Of a DNA stretch of 64,000 bases, positions 45,728 through 57,400 are shown one piece after another. Position numbers and translations under genes: made by a program. The notes under the pieces are model-generated. The model was not told the origin of the DNA and did not search any database. It saw nothing but the letters and a program-made list of their open reading frames with translations. Position 1 is the stretch's first letter; each line of letters begins with the position of its first letter. This DNA is from Schizochytrium sp. TIO01 (lineage: Eukaryota > Protista > Bigyra: Labyrinthulomycetes): positions 5,116,483-5,180,482 of the forward strand of contig SMSO01000032.1 of assembly GCA_004764695.1 (NCBI GenBank), in the 5' to 3' direction.

Positions 45728-48601
45728 ATGGCGACCGGCTTTGCCACCGTGAAGGAGGTGCTCTCCGGAGACACGCTCGTGCTTATTGGACAGCCACGCA
45801 ATGGACCTCCTCCCGAGATCCGTCTCACTCTGTCCTCGTTGCAGGCGCCTCGCCTTGCGCAGAAAGATAAGGGCCCTGATGAGCCCTTCGCCTGGCAGTC
45901 CCGGGAGTTCTTGCGCCGCACCTGCGTCGGCAAGGCCGTCTCTTTTCAGGTAGAGTACTCTGTCGCCAGCATCAACAGACAGTTTGGCGCTGTGCGTGTG
46001 CTCACCTCCCCTCCCGGTCAGCAGCCTCAGCAGAGCCAGCCTCTGAGCGAGAACCTCTGCCTTCTCGTGGCCCGCGCTGGCTGGGCTCGCGTGAAGCGGG
46101 AGTCCTCCGGGTCTACGGAGCGTAGCGCAGACTATGACGAGCTCGTGGCAGCAAGCGAGGCTGCAGAGAAGTCTGGTCTTGGAGTCTTCAACGAAGACCC
46201 GAAGGCAGTCAAGGAAGCCGTGAGGGAGGTGCAGTTCGAGCCAGCGCAGCCCGAGGTGCTGCTGCGTGAGGTTCAAGGAACACCCCAAAGAGCTATCGTT
46301 GAGTATGTCCGCGACGGTGCTGCCTTTAAGGTGCTCCTTGTAGACCCTATGGTTTACCTGAACCTCAACCTGGCTGGCGTTCAGTGCCCAAGGCTCAACG
46401 GCGCACTGGAGAACGATGGCCCTGAGAACAAGGAGGGGCCCCAGCCCTTTGGCCCCGAGGCCAAGTACTTTACTGAGGTACGCCTTCTGAACCGCGACGT
46501 GCACGTCATCATCAACGGCGTCGATGACAGGCTCAAGACCTTTTATGGTTCCATCGAGCATCCGGCAGGAGATATCAGTGTGGAGCTGCTCAAGAATGGA
46601 CTCGCAAGACCGACCGACTGGAGCATGCAATACACGACCATCCAACACGCCACCACGATGAGGGCAGCGGCACGCGACGCTAAGCAGGCGCGCCTCCGCA
46701 TTTGGAAGGACTATGTAGCACCCAAGGTCAGTGGACGCCGTACGTACGAGGGAGTGGTCTCTGAGGTTGTGAGCGGAGACACGGTCTTTGTGCGTGTGGG
46801 CTCCGCGGTAGACCTCGCTGACGCCCCATGGAAGTGTACCGAGGAGCGTGTCACGCTTTCGTCAATCCGTGCGCCTAGGCTTGGCGTGAGGGGAAGACCC
46901 GAGCCCGGTGAGCCGCTCGCAAACGAGGCACGTGAGATGCTGCGGTCCAAGGCCCTCGGCAAAAGGTGCCAGGTGATGATCGAGTACGAGAGACCCCCCG
47001 CAGAAGGAGCTGTGGGCCTGGCCGCCCTCCCGCGCAAGTTTGGAACATTAGTGATCAACTCGCGTAAGGGCAAGCGCAACGCAGCTCAGCTTCTTGTGGA
47101 AGAGGGTCTCGCAGAAGTCCTCAAGCATCGCGCTGACGATGAGAGGTCTCAGTTCTATGACCAGCTGGCCATTGCGCAAGATGCCGCCACCAAGGAGGGC
47201 AAGGGTTTGTTTGCTGCTGACCCCAAGGCTCTCAGCAACGACAGTAAGCCCCAGGACCTCACTCAGAGTAAGGAGCATGCCCGGGGACACATGAACTCGC
47301 TTCAGACACGTAGCTCTGCAGGACTTCCTGCTGGATCTCACCGCGCAGTCGTAGAGTACGTCCTCAGCGGATCTAGGTTCCGTGTGCTCATCCCGCAGTT
47401 CGACCTCATCCTCAACTTCGCTCTTGCAGGCATTGTGGCACCCCAGCGTGCTAGACCCGCAATGCATGGACGCCCTGCTACGCAGGCAGAGCCGTGGTCC
47501 AATGAGTCCTTCGTGTTCGCGCGATCTGTTGTGCTCCAGCGCGATGTAGTGATCGAGGTTGAGACCATGGACAAGGGAGGTACCATCATTGGCCAGTGCT
47601 GGGTAAAGCGCGGCCAGGACAAGATCAACATGGCAGTCCTCATGGTCCAGATGGGACTCGCCTCCGTGCATGAGTACTCTGCTCGCTTCACTTCCATCGG
47701 GGAGGAGCTCAAGCGCGAACAGTCCACCGCTCAGGCTAAGCGTCTTCGTATCTGGGAGAACTACGTCCCAGAGGATGTTACCGCAAGTGCAAGCGCAGTC
47801 CAGACAGCTTGGGGAGGAGCGCAAAGCGCAACCAACTCTGACAAGCCTCTGGAACGTGCCACGGTATCTGTTTCAGAGATCGTGAATGGACACTGCTTTT
47901 TTATTCAGAACCAGTCCGCCGCCGCCCAGGAAAGGCTCACTGCTGTTACCAAGGAGATGCAGGCTATGGCCAATCAGCACGGCACAAGCCCCAGTGATGA
48001 AGACAGCATCATGGAGCCCCGCCGTAACCAGATGTGCGCGGCTCTCTTCGACGATGGATCGGGCATGGCGTGGTACCGTGCTCGTATTCTTAGCGTCTCT
48101 CGCGAGGGTGGCAGTGCCAGCCGCCTCCATATCCGCTATGTGGACTTCGGTAACGAGGGTACCGTGGAGCCCAGCTTTACACGTCCTCTGCCCAACACTC
48201 CGGTGTGCTCCTCGCCTCCTCTTGCTCAGGAGTGCACTTTGGCATTTGTCAAGACACCTGCACTCAACAAGGACTTTGGTCGTGAGGCTGCCATGCTGTT
48301 GAGTGATCTCGTATTCGGCAAGGCTGTCATTGCAAAGATTCACCCTGCCCAGAATGATGAGGGCCGTCAGCTCGTTTCTCTTTACCTGAACGAAGAGGGC
48401 AAGGATGAGAGCGAGCAGCTTTGCGTCGCAGAGGTTATTCTTCGTGAGGGTCTCGGATATTGCGATAAGCGCACCACTCGCTTCGCCCGTAACAAGGAAG
48501 AGACTGATTTGCTTCAGCTTTTGGAGGCTACCGAGCAGCGCGCTCACCGTAGCCACATCAATTTGTGGCGTTATGGTGATCCTCGAGATGAGGAGGAGTA
48601 A
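45728..48601 (+). CDS. SND1: Tudor staphylococcal nuclease (Tudor-SN/p100), 957 aa
   Basis: VKEVLSGDT, DEPFAWQSREFLR, four SN repeats (VEYVRDG, VSEVVSGDT, VEYVLSGSRF), Tudor domain WYRARI...YVDFGNE, C-terminal NLWRYGD. Confidence 0.96.
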   Translation: MATGFATVKEVLSGDTLVLIGQPRNGPPPEIRLTLSSLQAPRLAQKDKGPDEPFAWQSREFLRRTCVGKAVSFQVEYSVASINRQFGAVRVLTSPPGQQPQQSQPLSENLCLLVARAGWARVKRESSGSTERSADYDELVAASEAAEKSGLGVFNEDPKAVKEAVREVQFEPAQPEVLLREVQGTPQRAIVEYVRDGAAFKVLLVDPMVYLNLNLAGVQCPRLNGALENDGPENKEGPQPFGPEAKYFTEVRLLNRDVHVIINGVDDRLKTFYGSIEHPAGDISVELLKNGLARPTDWSMQYTTIQHATTMRAAARDAKQARLRIWKDYVAPKVSGRRTYEGVVSEVVSGDTVFVRVGSAVDLADAPWKCTEERVTLSSIRAPRLGVRGRPEPGEPLANEAREMLRSKALGKRCQVMIEYERPPAEGAVGLAALPRKFGTLVINSRKGKRNAAQLLVEEGLAEVLKHRADDERSQFYDQLAIAQDAATKEGKGLFAADPKALSNDSKPQDLTQSKEHARGHMNSLQTRSSAGLPAGSHRAVVEYVLSGSRFRVLIPQFDLILNFALAGIVAPQRARPAMHGRPATQAEPWSNESFVFARSVVLQRDVVIEVETMDKGGTIIGQCWVKRGQDKINMAVLMVQMGLASVHEYSARFTSIGEELKREQSTAQAKRLRIWENYVPEDVTASASAVQTAWGGAQSATNSDKPLERATVSVSEIVNGHCFFIQNQSAAAQERLTAVTKEMQAMANQHGTSPSDEDSIMEPRRNQMCAALFDDGSGMAWYRARILSVSREGGSASRLHIRYVDFGNEGTVEPSFTRPLPNTPVCSSPPLAQECTLAFVKTPALNKDFGREAAMLLSDLVFGKAVIAKIHPAQNDEGRQLVSLYLNEEGKDESEQLCVAEVILREGLGYCDKRTTRFARNKEETDLLQLLEATEQRAHRSHINLWRYGDPRDEEE

Positions 48602-51600
48602 ATCTTCCTGTCATCCACAATTATCGTATCCAAGCAAGAGAAAATCGAACACCGCACACAACCAGCAATTATTTTACTTTCACATAGCACGAATTTGTCA
48701 TCATCATCATTTACCGAGCCTCTGTCTTTTGCTTTAGTTTGGTGATGGATGGAGAGTTAGATGGATGGATGGATGAATGGCCCCATTCACCTCTTTACAA
48801 CACTCCCTTGTGTCCTCTTGCGTCCTGACTCCTTTTTTGTTTGTTTCTATTTCTCGTCTTACATTTACCCGTGTGACCTTCATTTTTTTTTTAAAGAAGC
48901 ATCTCCGCTTTCTGAAGCTCGTCTTTGGAGCTTTGTGCAAATTAATGTACTGGTATTTTGCGAGAGAAAATACAAATTTTCCAGCAGGTGTTAAAGAGAG
49001 TGACTGCAGCAAAAGGCCAGACTGATGGTTGAACTTCGAAAGGATTTACTGCTGGAACGCGGACAAAGTTGTACGCAGAGCGTGAGAAAGAAATGGAAGT
49101 AGCCTGGAGCTAATGAGGATGCAAGGTCCGATCTCGCCTCAACACACAAGAGAATTCAATGTTGTACGAAATCTATCACTTACACTCTTAGGAACCCAAC
49201 CAACAAGAATGAAAATATCTTGCCTTCCCATCAAATCTCTGAGTCATTCTAAATCGAAACAAAAGACGATGGGCAACAGAAAAACATGTGCATCTTACTA
49301 TGATAAAATCTTCAGATAACATTTTTTAGTTAAGAAAAACAAAAAAAAGGAAAGCAGCAAGACCTTATTTTGCAGCATTCATCCTATCTATACCGATATT
49401 GGGTTTTCATAGAAAGGTTGAGCTAATATGGTAGATATTAACCCACGTTGAATATCTATCCGCTTGGTCTTGCAATTACGAGTCTCAAAATATAGTTCTT
49501 TTGATACAAAACTGGCGCACTCGAAATTAGAAAAGAACGAGGCTCCCTTTCCTCCTTGTTTATTACCGCCTTTTTTGTATATGTTGTCTGTGTCAACAAG
49601 CAGTCTAGCTGAAGATGGAAACCTGCGATGTACCTACATTACACGGTCATTTTCCCTCGGACAAATTTACGTGAAAAATGCATGAACAATTAATTATCTT
49701 CCTGTCTTTTAGTTGATTGAGTTATTGCTACGCTTGTGTTTTCATGACCACCACCACGAAACTCTGCGCCCAAGTTCTACCTATTTAACGTCACCGGAGT
49801 CGCTTTATTTTTAATGCTAAAGGATTTGTCACCCTGATATCTGGGACCCATATTCAAAGAATGCGAACTAAAAAGTCTTGTCCCTTATCAATCAAACAAA
49901 TTCACTGGTGCTTCTGACAATAATAAAGATTGAACAGTGTCATAGCTTCAAGGCATTCACATGACACCCTCAGGAGACGGCATCCGGTTGTCATGCCTAA
50001 CAGTGTCCTAACTAACAGATTTACACAACATGATTTTATTAACTTTACAGGAATAAATACTTAGCCAATATCTCCGTTCATCAGGGTATGCTGTTACTTC
50101 CGAAAACAGCAAAGCTCTAAGGTTCTTTTTAGATACATAGTACCACACAAAATTAAAATCTCGGGACTTGTGGGACTTTCAAAAGTTGTCCCGATTGCCC
50201 TACCGAAACGAAATCTTAAATATGAGACACCATAACTACATCATATACTTCTTGGTTGCAAAATAACCTCTAAGAGGTTAAAGTATGCCTTAAGAACACT
50301 TAAGTGGCACTATGTTCATCTCTTATGCGAATACACAATGCGACACACGGTTGCAGATGTACTGCAGCATGGAGCACAACTCCGCTTATAGCAGTAATAA
50401 AAACAGACATTCACGCGGGTACTACTTTTTAAAAGGGCAAACATACTTTCTTATTCTGAATTCAAGCTTTTGAAGCCACGCACATGCTGAGCTAGATCGC
50501 CACCTAAGCCTAATCTACTAGATTTTGCAAAAAGTCTGCCTGGATGCGTTTCTGCCAGCTAGGCTGATTAAAGTTGCTGGATGTGTAATCAATCACAATT
50601 GGCCATATTTATTTCTGATAGCATCTGCGGAAAATACTCTTTATTTACTCATGAATGAAGAATGACCTTGATAGAAATTTGAAAAAGCAAACAAAATGAC
50701 AAACATACAAGAGCTTTACTTATGGACGATTTTTTGTTCTCAAAAAATGGTAGCTTTCTTGCTTTACTGTAGCCTAATACTAAAAGGCTCTCAGCGCCAC
50801 GATGCACGTTTCTACGCAATTTGAAAAATGCATAATTTAAATTTGATGAGCCCACGCTCTCCCTTCTCACTGCAGAATATTTATGATTGTTTGTATTTTG
50901 GTACTGAAGATGGACTTGAGTATATTAAATTCTTACAATAATATATTCCCCTGTATCCCCAACTAGGTTTCGCAACAAACGATTGTGTGCGTACCCATCA
51001 GTGTTGAGGTGAGCACGGGATCGCAGTCTGAGCAAGGTCCTATAGAAGATATTACCCGTATCTGGGATCCGTCACATCGTTGAAAGGTGATGTAATCAAG
51101 CACTGAGCAACTTTTGTGAGTCTGCTCAGCACCCTCAAGTGGATATGCAGAACTAAGGTTCTCGGTAATTTAGCATACATCAAGCTATAACGCAAAGTTT
51201 CTGGCATAAAACTACGCGTTAGTTTTTCAGTATATATACACATATATATATATGAGGGCTGCCTACGTTTATAAATGCAATAAAGGATGACAAGCCAGGA
51301 GTTGTACCTGCGACTGAGACGGCAAGTTGTTCGCAGGGCTATTACCTGCAAGCCACAGAAATTCGCATAACCTCTGTACTAGTTCCACTTAATCGTGACG
51401 ATAACCAACACGTTCATGATTGCGTTTTAGAAAGCTTGCACAACGTTACATTGACGAGGGGAATCGTTCTGCTGACAATTCTAGACGGAATAAAAAACTC
51501 TCCAACATTCCATTGAAAACTCATTTGTAGGGAGATTACCTCTGTCCTAAGTAGCATATTAAAATTTGAGTTTAATTTACCCATGAAAGTCCTAGAATTC

Positions 51601-54430
51601 CCTATTCTCGGGGATTAATGCGCGCCCTCAGGGTGTCTCGCCCCGTGCCTGGAGATTTTCTGTGAGATCTAAGATTTTCAATTTGACAGCATAGCCATGC
51701 CATTCATCAAAATATAATGTGACTTTAAGCAATTGTCTTTGAGAAACAACCCGTGAAATGTCATAATATCACATAAGTAGAAATGCATCATTGAAAAGAG
51801 CAAACATAAGTCAAATGTCTCAATTAAAGCGATAACGTAAATTCCAAAGAGACTCCTCATTCATATTGCCAAAATAAATGAATGGCTTAGAGTGGGGTTA
51901 AACTGAAAAAGGCTGACCGTTGAAAACCCTGGCCCATCGGCCGGTTAAACTCGATCATACTACCTAAGTTAGCTCATTGATAGTTTTTTACAATACCTGG
52001 CAACGAAGTCTGACACATCTCAAATGGTCACGACGTGTTTAGCTCTTTAATTAGATGCTCTGAATATTTTAAAGGTCTTTGTCTGTCGCTTTTGTACGCT
52101 TGGTGAATTCCTTGACATAACCAGTAAACCTACACTGGAATAAGTATGTCATGTTGCACCTTCAAAGGACTGGCCCTGGCAAATCAGAGCACTTCCACCG
52201 TGGCATGGAACGCTTTCAGGAAAAAAGCAATTGTTCAATTTACTACAAAGCAAAATAGTTCAGTAAGTATCCTTAATATTTGTCTTTTGTAAGAAATGTC
52301 CCTCTACATTTTTTTTTTTTCAACATAGACAACTTGAAGGTGATCAGCAGTAAAGGCCTAAGTAGAGGAGGAGGCCGAGAAATTAGTTCAGTATAGAACA
52401 AAATTGTCCCTTAACTGCTTGCTGATACTGTTTTTGCCTGATAACATCAGGACGCCTGGGTAGTGGGTGTATGAAGCCAGGTTAAGTTGCTTAAACATTT
52501 AAGTTTTGACATAGAGCAGAAATGCTTAGTTTCATGACAGTTTTAGAACAGACTTTGCAAAAAAAAATGTAATACAAATACCAGATTTCCCATACGTAGT
52601 TTTTGTTTCTTGCTTTAGAGAAATAATAATAGGAGAAAATGTGCTCCAATTTGCGTAGTAGCAAAGAGATGGTATGGTATGGTCTGGGTAAACTTAAAAT
52701 ATTCGCCTGACCGACATGTTCTCTTTTAATCTTTGAGTTGAATTGTGTTGATTCATCAATGCAAGAGCTGTTAGAAACTAGTGCAATTCGTAAAGAATTT
52801 TTCTTTCTTTTTAAACTTGGTAATTTGGTACATAAAGAACCAAACAGAACGATTAAACACCAGGACTAGCACTTCATGAACATATTTGGGTCCCAACCCC
52901 TTGTGGGGGATGTACTTCGTCTTTTCTTTTGCGTTGGGGTGGCTGTCAAGACATTGATTGCGCGTTTGTTACAATAACATCTGAACATCGGGCGTAAGCT
53001 GCGGTCAATTCAAACTGAGACGGGAAAACTAGACTTGTGCGATTCTCAAACTTACAATTCCAGTGTCATCATGGTACATACAACCCGCGTCATAGCTTCC
53101 TGGCAGATGTTTTCAAAATATGTTCCGTCGCGAAAATGTGCGAACTTCCTTATAATGAAGCAAACACTAGGTACTTGCTACACAGCATATAAGGAATCGA
53201 GTGTTAGACGATCAATTTGATTTACTTCAACATCCATGTTAGTCTCCAAATATTATTGTCCACGCGTGACCTGAAAGGCCTGTACTGGTTTAAAAATAAA
53301 ACGGAAGTTTGAGTTGTGCTCCAAAGATCCTGAAGGCATAGCCTAATTATTTCTCTCGTTGTCACTGAAAATCCCTGTTGTAAACAATGAAGAATGGTAT
53401 TGCGTGACAACTTCCTAGCTAGCACGCCAACGCGAATTAACGTGTTCAGACAGCGGGGAGTTTGACGTTTTCTTCGTTGGACGAATACTTTAAAACTTCC
53501 AAGAACCCGTCTGGTTAAGGTGGCTCGGGGTCCAAAGGTGCCTTCTCCATGGATGAACACGAAGGTTCTTCCGAGGCGTCTATCAATTTCAGGCGGGGGG
53601 AACACCATTGTGATTCATTTCTTTTATTTTCGCTAATAGTATTTTACAGGCTGGCTTTGTGCCACATAGCTAGGGAAACGAAAGCTGATCTCTGACTTAC
53701 AATGAATCGTCACGCATCCTCCACGGTGGAACCCCTTTCTTGTATATATATATATATATTCTTTTAAAAAAACATTTTTCTCATAGTACTTTCTAAAAGG
53801 TACTTACTATGTTGCACTTACAGATGTCAATGGAGAAACCTCTGCCTTTGATTGGATATTACATTTAACACTGTGCCTCTGTTCTTCTCAACCACCACAA
53901 TGTGTCTTATACAAAATTCCCTAAGCCACGAATCAAAGGAGCAAACGCTGAATTGGTTGATATCAATTGTTTTAGCCCAAGCTGAGTTCAAGGTAGGATA
54001 TGAAGTCATTGAAAGCTTTAAAGGAACGATCATCATGTTTTCTTTAGAGCCAAGTACTGGCGTTGAACTTCTTCATCACTCAGCATTAATATCGAGAATT
54101 TCTCGGTCTTATCAGTAACTTTAAGCACTCAGATACTTTTTGCTACACGACCGAATGGAATAATTTTATCAGGTGATCGACCTCAAATCCCACTAGGGTT
54201 AAATTGATTATCACATCCTCCATAAAGTTTATCAAGCAATAATTTGCATCGCCTCATCAAATTTTAAAGTATTCAAACATTCGAACGATAGTTCCTTCTA
54301 AGAACAAATTTTTTGTATGGATTACACGAGCTGCGTCAAGTCAACAAACCCGAAACATTAAGCTCAGATTTCTTTGGTCTCGGTGCTTTCATCTCATTGA
54401 TCAAATTTGCAACTCGATAAACTAGCCACG

Positions 54431-57400
54431 ATGATCGAGGGTGCGGGGAATATGGATGATGCAAACCATCCAAATACTCAAGACCACTCCATTGAAGCGA
54501 CTGGAGCAGAAGGGCAAGCAAGTCCTTCATCTGCCGCGACTAGCGACGCCGATGCTCTGCCACAAACGCAAGGAGAACATGCCTCAAGTCTTCTTGCCCA
54601 TATAAAAGCGGAGCTGGAAAATCAGCAAGGTTCCCCTGAGGAAGATGAAAAAGGAAACGGAAAAACACGTCTAAGCGTTGACCTTTCTGTTGAAGACATC
54701 CTACTGCTAGCTAGTCTTTTGGAGTCTGGTCAACTTGATCGAGGCTCTAAGATTGGTAGTGCAGTTGCTGGGGCTGTCCGCGAATTGACAATGATTGGAC
54801 ATGCTAGTCTCTTACAGCGCTACAGCGGAGATGGCCATTGGCCTGTCCATGTTTCCTTTCGTGATCTGAGTTACTCTATCACTGCACCCTCCAAAGACCA
54901 AGGACTGGTCAACATTTTTTCTGCCATGGTTTCGCCCTTTTCAAAAGCGACAAACCAAACGATTGAAGTAAACATTCTTGACAAGGTGTCAGGTGTTTTT
55001 CGTGCAGGTTCCTCTACGCTGGTGCTCGGTCCTCCTGGGTGTGGTGTGTCGACCCTCTTCAAAATTCTGTCGGGAAGAATCACCAGTCAAAGCGGGCGAA
55101 GCAAGATAACTGGAGAACTCTATTATTCTGGGTTTTCGTCTGATGAAGTACACGTACGAAAGCTATCCACGTACGTTGATCAGAACGATAACCATATCCC
55201 GGTGCTTACCGTACGAGAAACTTTGCAATTTGCTTTTGACTGTTTTGGTGGAGCAGAAATGGCCCGTGCCATGGTGGCTCGCGTGGGTTTGTCAGGTGAT
55301 GCCAGTGATCATGAAATTGCGAAAATTCATGACGAGCTCGACAACTTCCCAGATTTTGTTATTCGAAATTTAGCGTTGTCGAATGCAGCAGATACTATTG
55401 TTGGTAACGAATTGCTGCGCGGTGTTTCTGGAGGAGAGAAACGAAGGGTGACATCAGCAGAGATGATGACGGGAAGACGGCCACTTGCTTTCTATGATCA
55501 AATTAGTACTGGACTTGATAGTGCAGCGACGTTCGACATTTGTCGACGCATCACAGGCGTTGCCAAACGCCTAGATCTTACTGCCGTGTGTGCTCTTTTA
55601 CAGCCGCCACCCGAAACGTATGAACTCTTTGACGAAGTGCTGATTTTAGCCACCGGTAAAGTTATGTTTCATGGTAGACGCGAAAATGTGTTGCCTTATT
55701 TTGAGAGCATTGGATACGTGTGCCCTGAGAACCTAGATGTAGCAGATTTCATCCAAGAAGTTACGACCTCAGCACGAACGAAACATCAAGTGAACCCGGA
55801 AGCTCCTTCTACTGAAGCAGAGTTAGCTTCTGCATGGTTACGGTCCCCGTTTGCTCAGGAAAAACAGGATCAAGTTGAGCAGTTCTGCTCCCGAGATGCA
55901 GTATATGATTCACCTGTGCGTCGTGAAGTCTATGATGCCAGCCAACCCCTTTATGCTAATTCCATATGCAAGGAGCTCCAGATTGTTGTTAAACGCCAAC
56001 TTACCCTTGCTTTTCGCGATACAGCTTTCATCCAGACCAGAGCCTTGCAAGCGTTGATTGTCGGAGTCTTTCTGGGTTCCATATTTTTCAAGATGAGTCC
56101 TGACCTACCCACGAGTATATCGGAAGACCAGCAACCCGTTTTACAACGATATGGAATTTACTTCGCCACAATGCTTCACAGTGCACTTGCAGGAACAGCT
56201 CAAACACCTATTGTTTTGTCCCAACGTCCGATCTATTACAAGCAAAGCGATGCCTTCTTTTTTCGCACGAGCAGCTATGTAATCGGTGAGCTTTGTTCAA
56301 CTTTACCATTGGTATTTATTGAATGTACTTTGCTAGCCGTGACAACGTTTTGGATCGCTTGGGTTGTGCCGTTCGGTGAGCATTCTCAAACTGGCGAGTC
56401 TGACGTGGGAGGACGTTTCATGCTGTACTGGCTACTTCTTATAGTCTCAAACATATGTATTGGTGCTTGGCTTCGCGCCGTTGCGACGTTCTCGCCTTCT
56501 CAACCAGTGGGCCAAGTTCTGACAGGCATGTGTATTGCTGCAATTTCAATGTTTACTGGGTACATTATTACTGCAGACACAATTCCAGTATGGTTCATCT
56601 GGATCTTCTGGCTCTCGCCTCTCTCCTGGCTTTACCGTGCAGGAATGATAACCATCTTTGGATCAACAGCGTTCACTACAGAGCAGCGCGACTATGCTCT
56701 GGAACTATATGGCTTTGAATACGATGTGAACTACCTGTGGAGTACCTTCATACTTGCAATAGGCTACACCTCTGTCAGTATGTATGTAAGTTACCAATGC
56801 TATGAACATTTGCGTTTTGGGGGCGGCGGAAATTTAGTTCTTGACAAAGAAGAGGAGGAAGTTGCTGTTGCCCGTCAAAGTGAGATTCTCACTGCACCTG
56901 CTCATATAAATGTGCCAGAGGAAGGCTCTTCGCCTGTATATGAGAATCCTATGCATACATCAGTGACATTTACCCCTGTCGATCTCGTGTTTAGGGATCT
57001 TTGGTACTCTGTTCCGGATGCCGCAAATCCTGGTGCCACTCGTAAGCTTCTCAAAGGTGTAAGTGGTTTTGCTGAGTCTGGTACTCTCACCGCTTTGATG
57101 GGTAGCAGTGGAGCTGGTAAAACAACACTGATGGACGTATTGGCCCTTCGAAAGACAAGTGGCACAATTACAGGAGATGTCTTTGTAAATGGTCGACCCC
57201 AAGAAAAGACAACATTCTCGCGCATTATTGGGTACGTCGAACAGATGGACATACACAGCCCAAATGCAACTGTGGAAGAGGCGCTGAGGTTCTCTGCATA
57301 CTTACGCCAGCCTTCGGTAGTCACCCACAACGAAAAAGATGAATTCGTCGAAAATGTGGTGAGCACTCTTCAGCTTGGCCGTATTCGGAATTTGATGATT

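Noticed and set aside
45587-48556. Long minus-strand ORFs (353, 258 and 227 aa) antisense to Tudor-SN
   Set aside because: Shadow ORFs caused by strong C/G-ending codon bias on the sense strand; no motifs.
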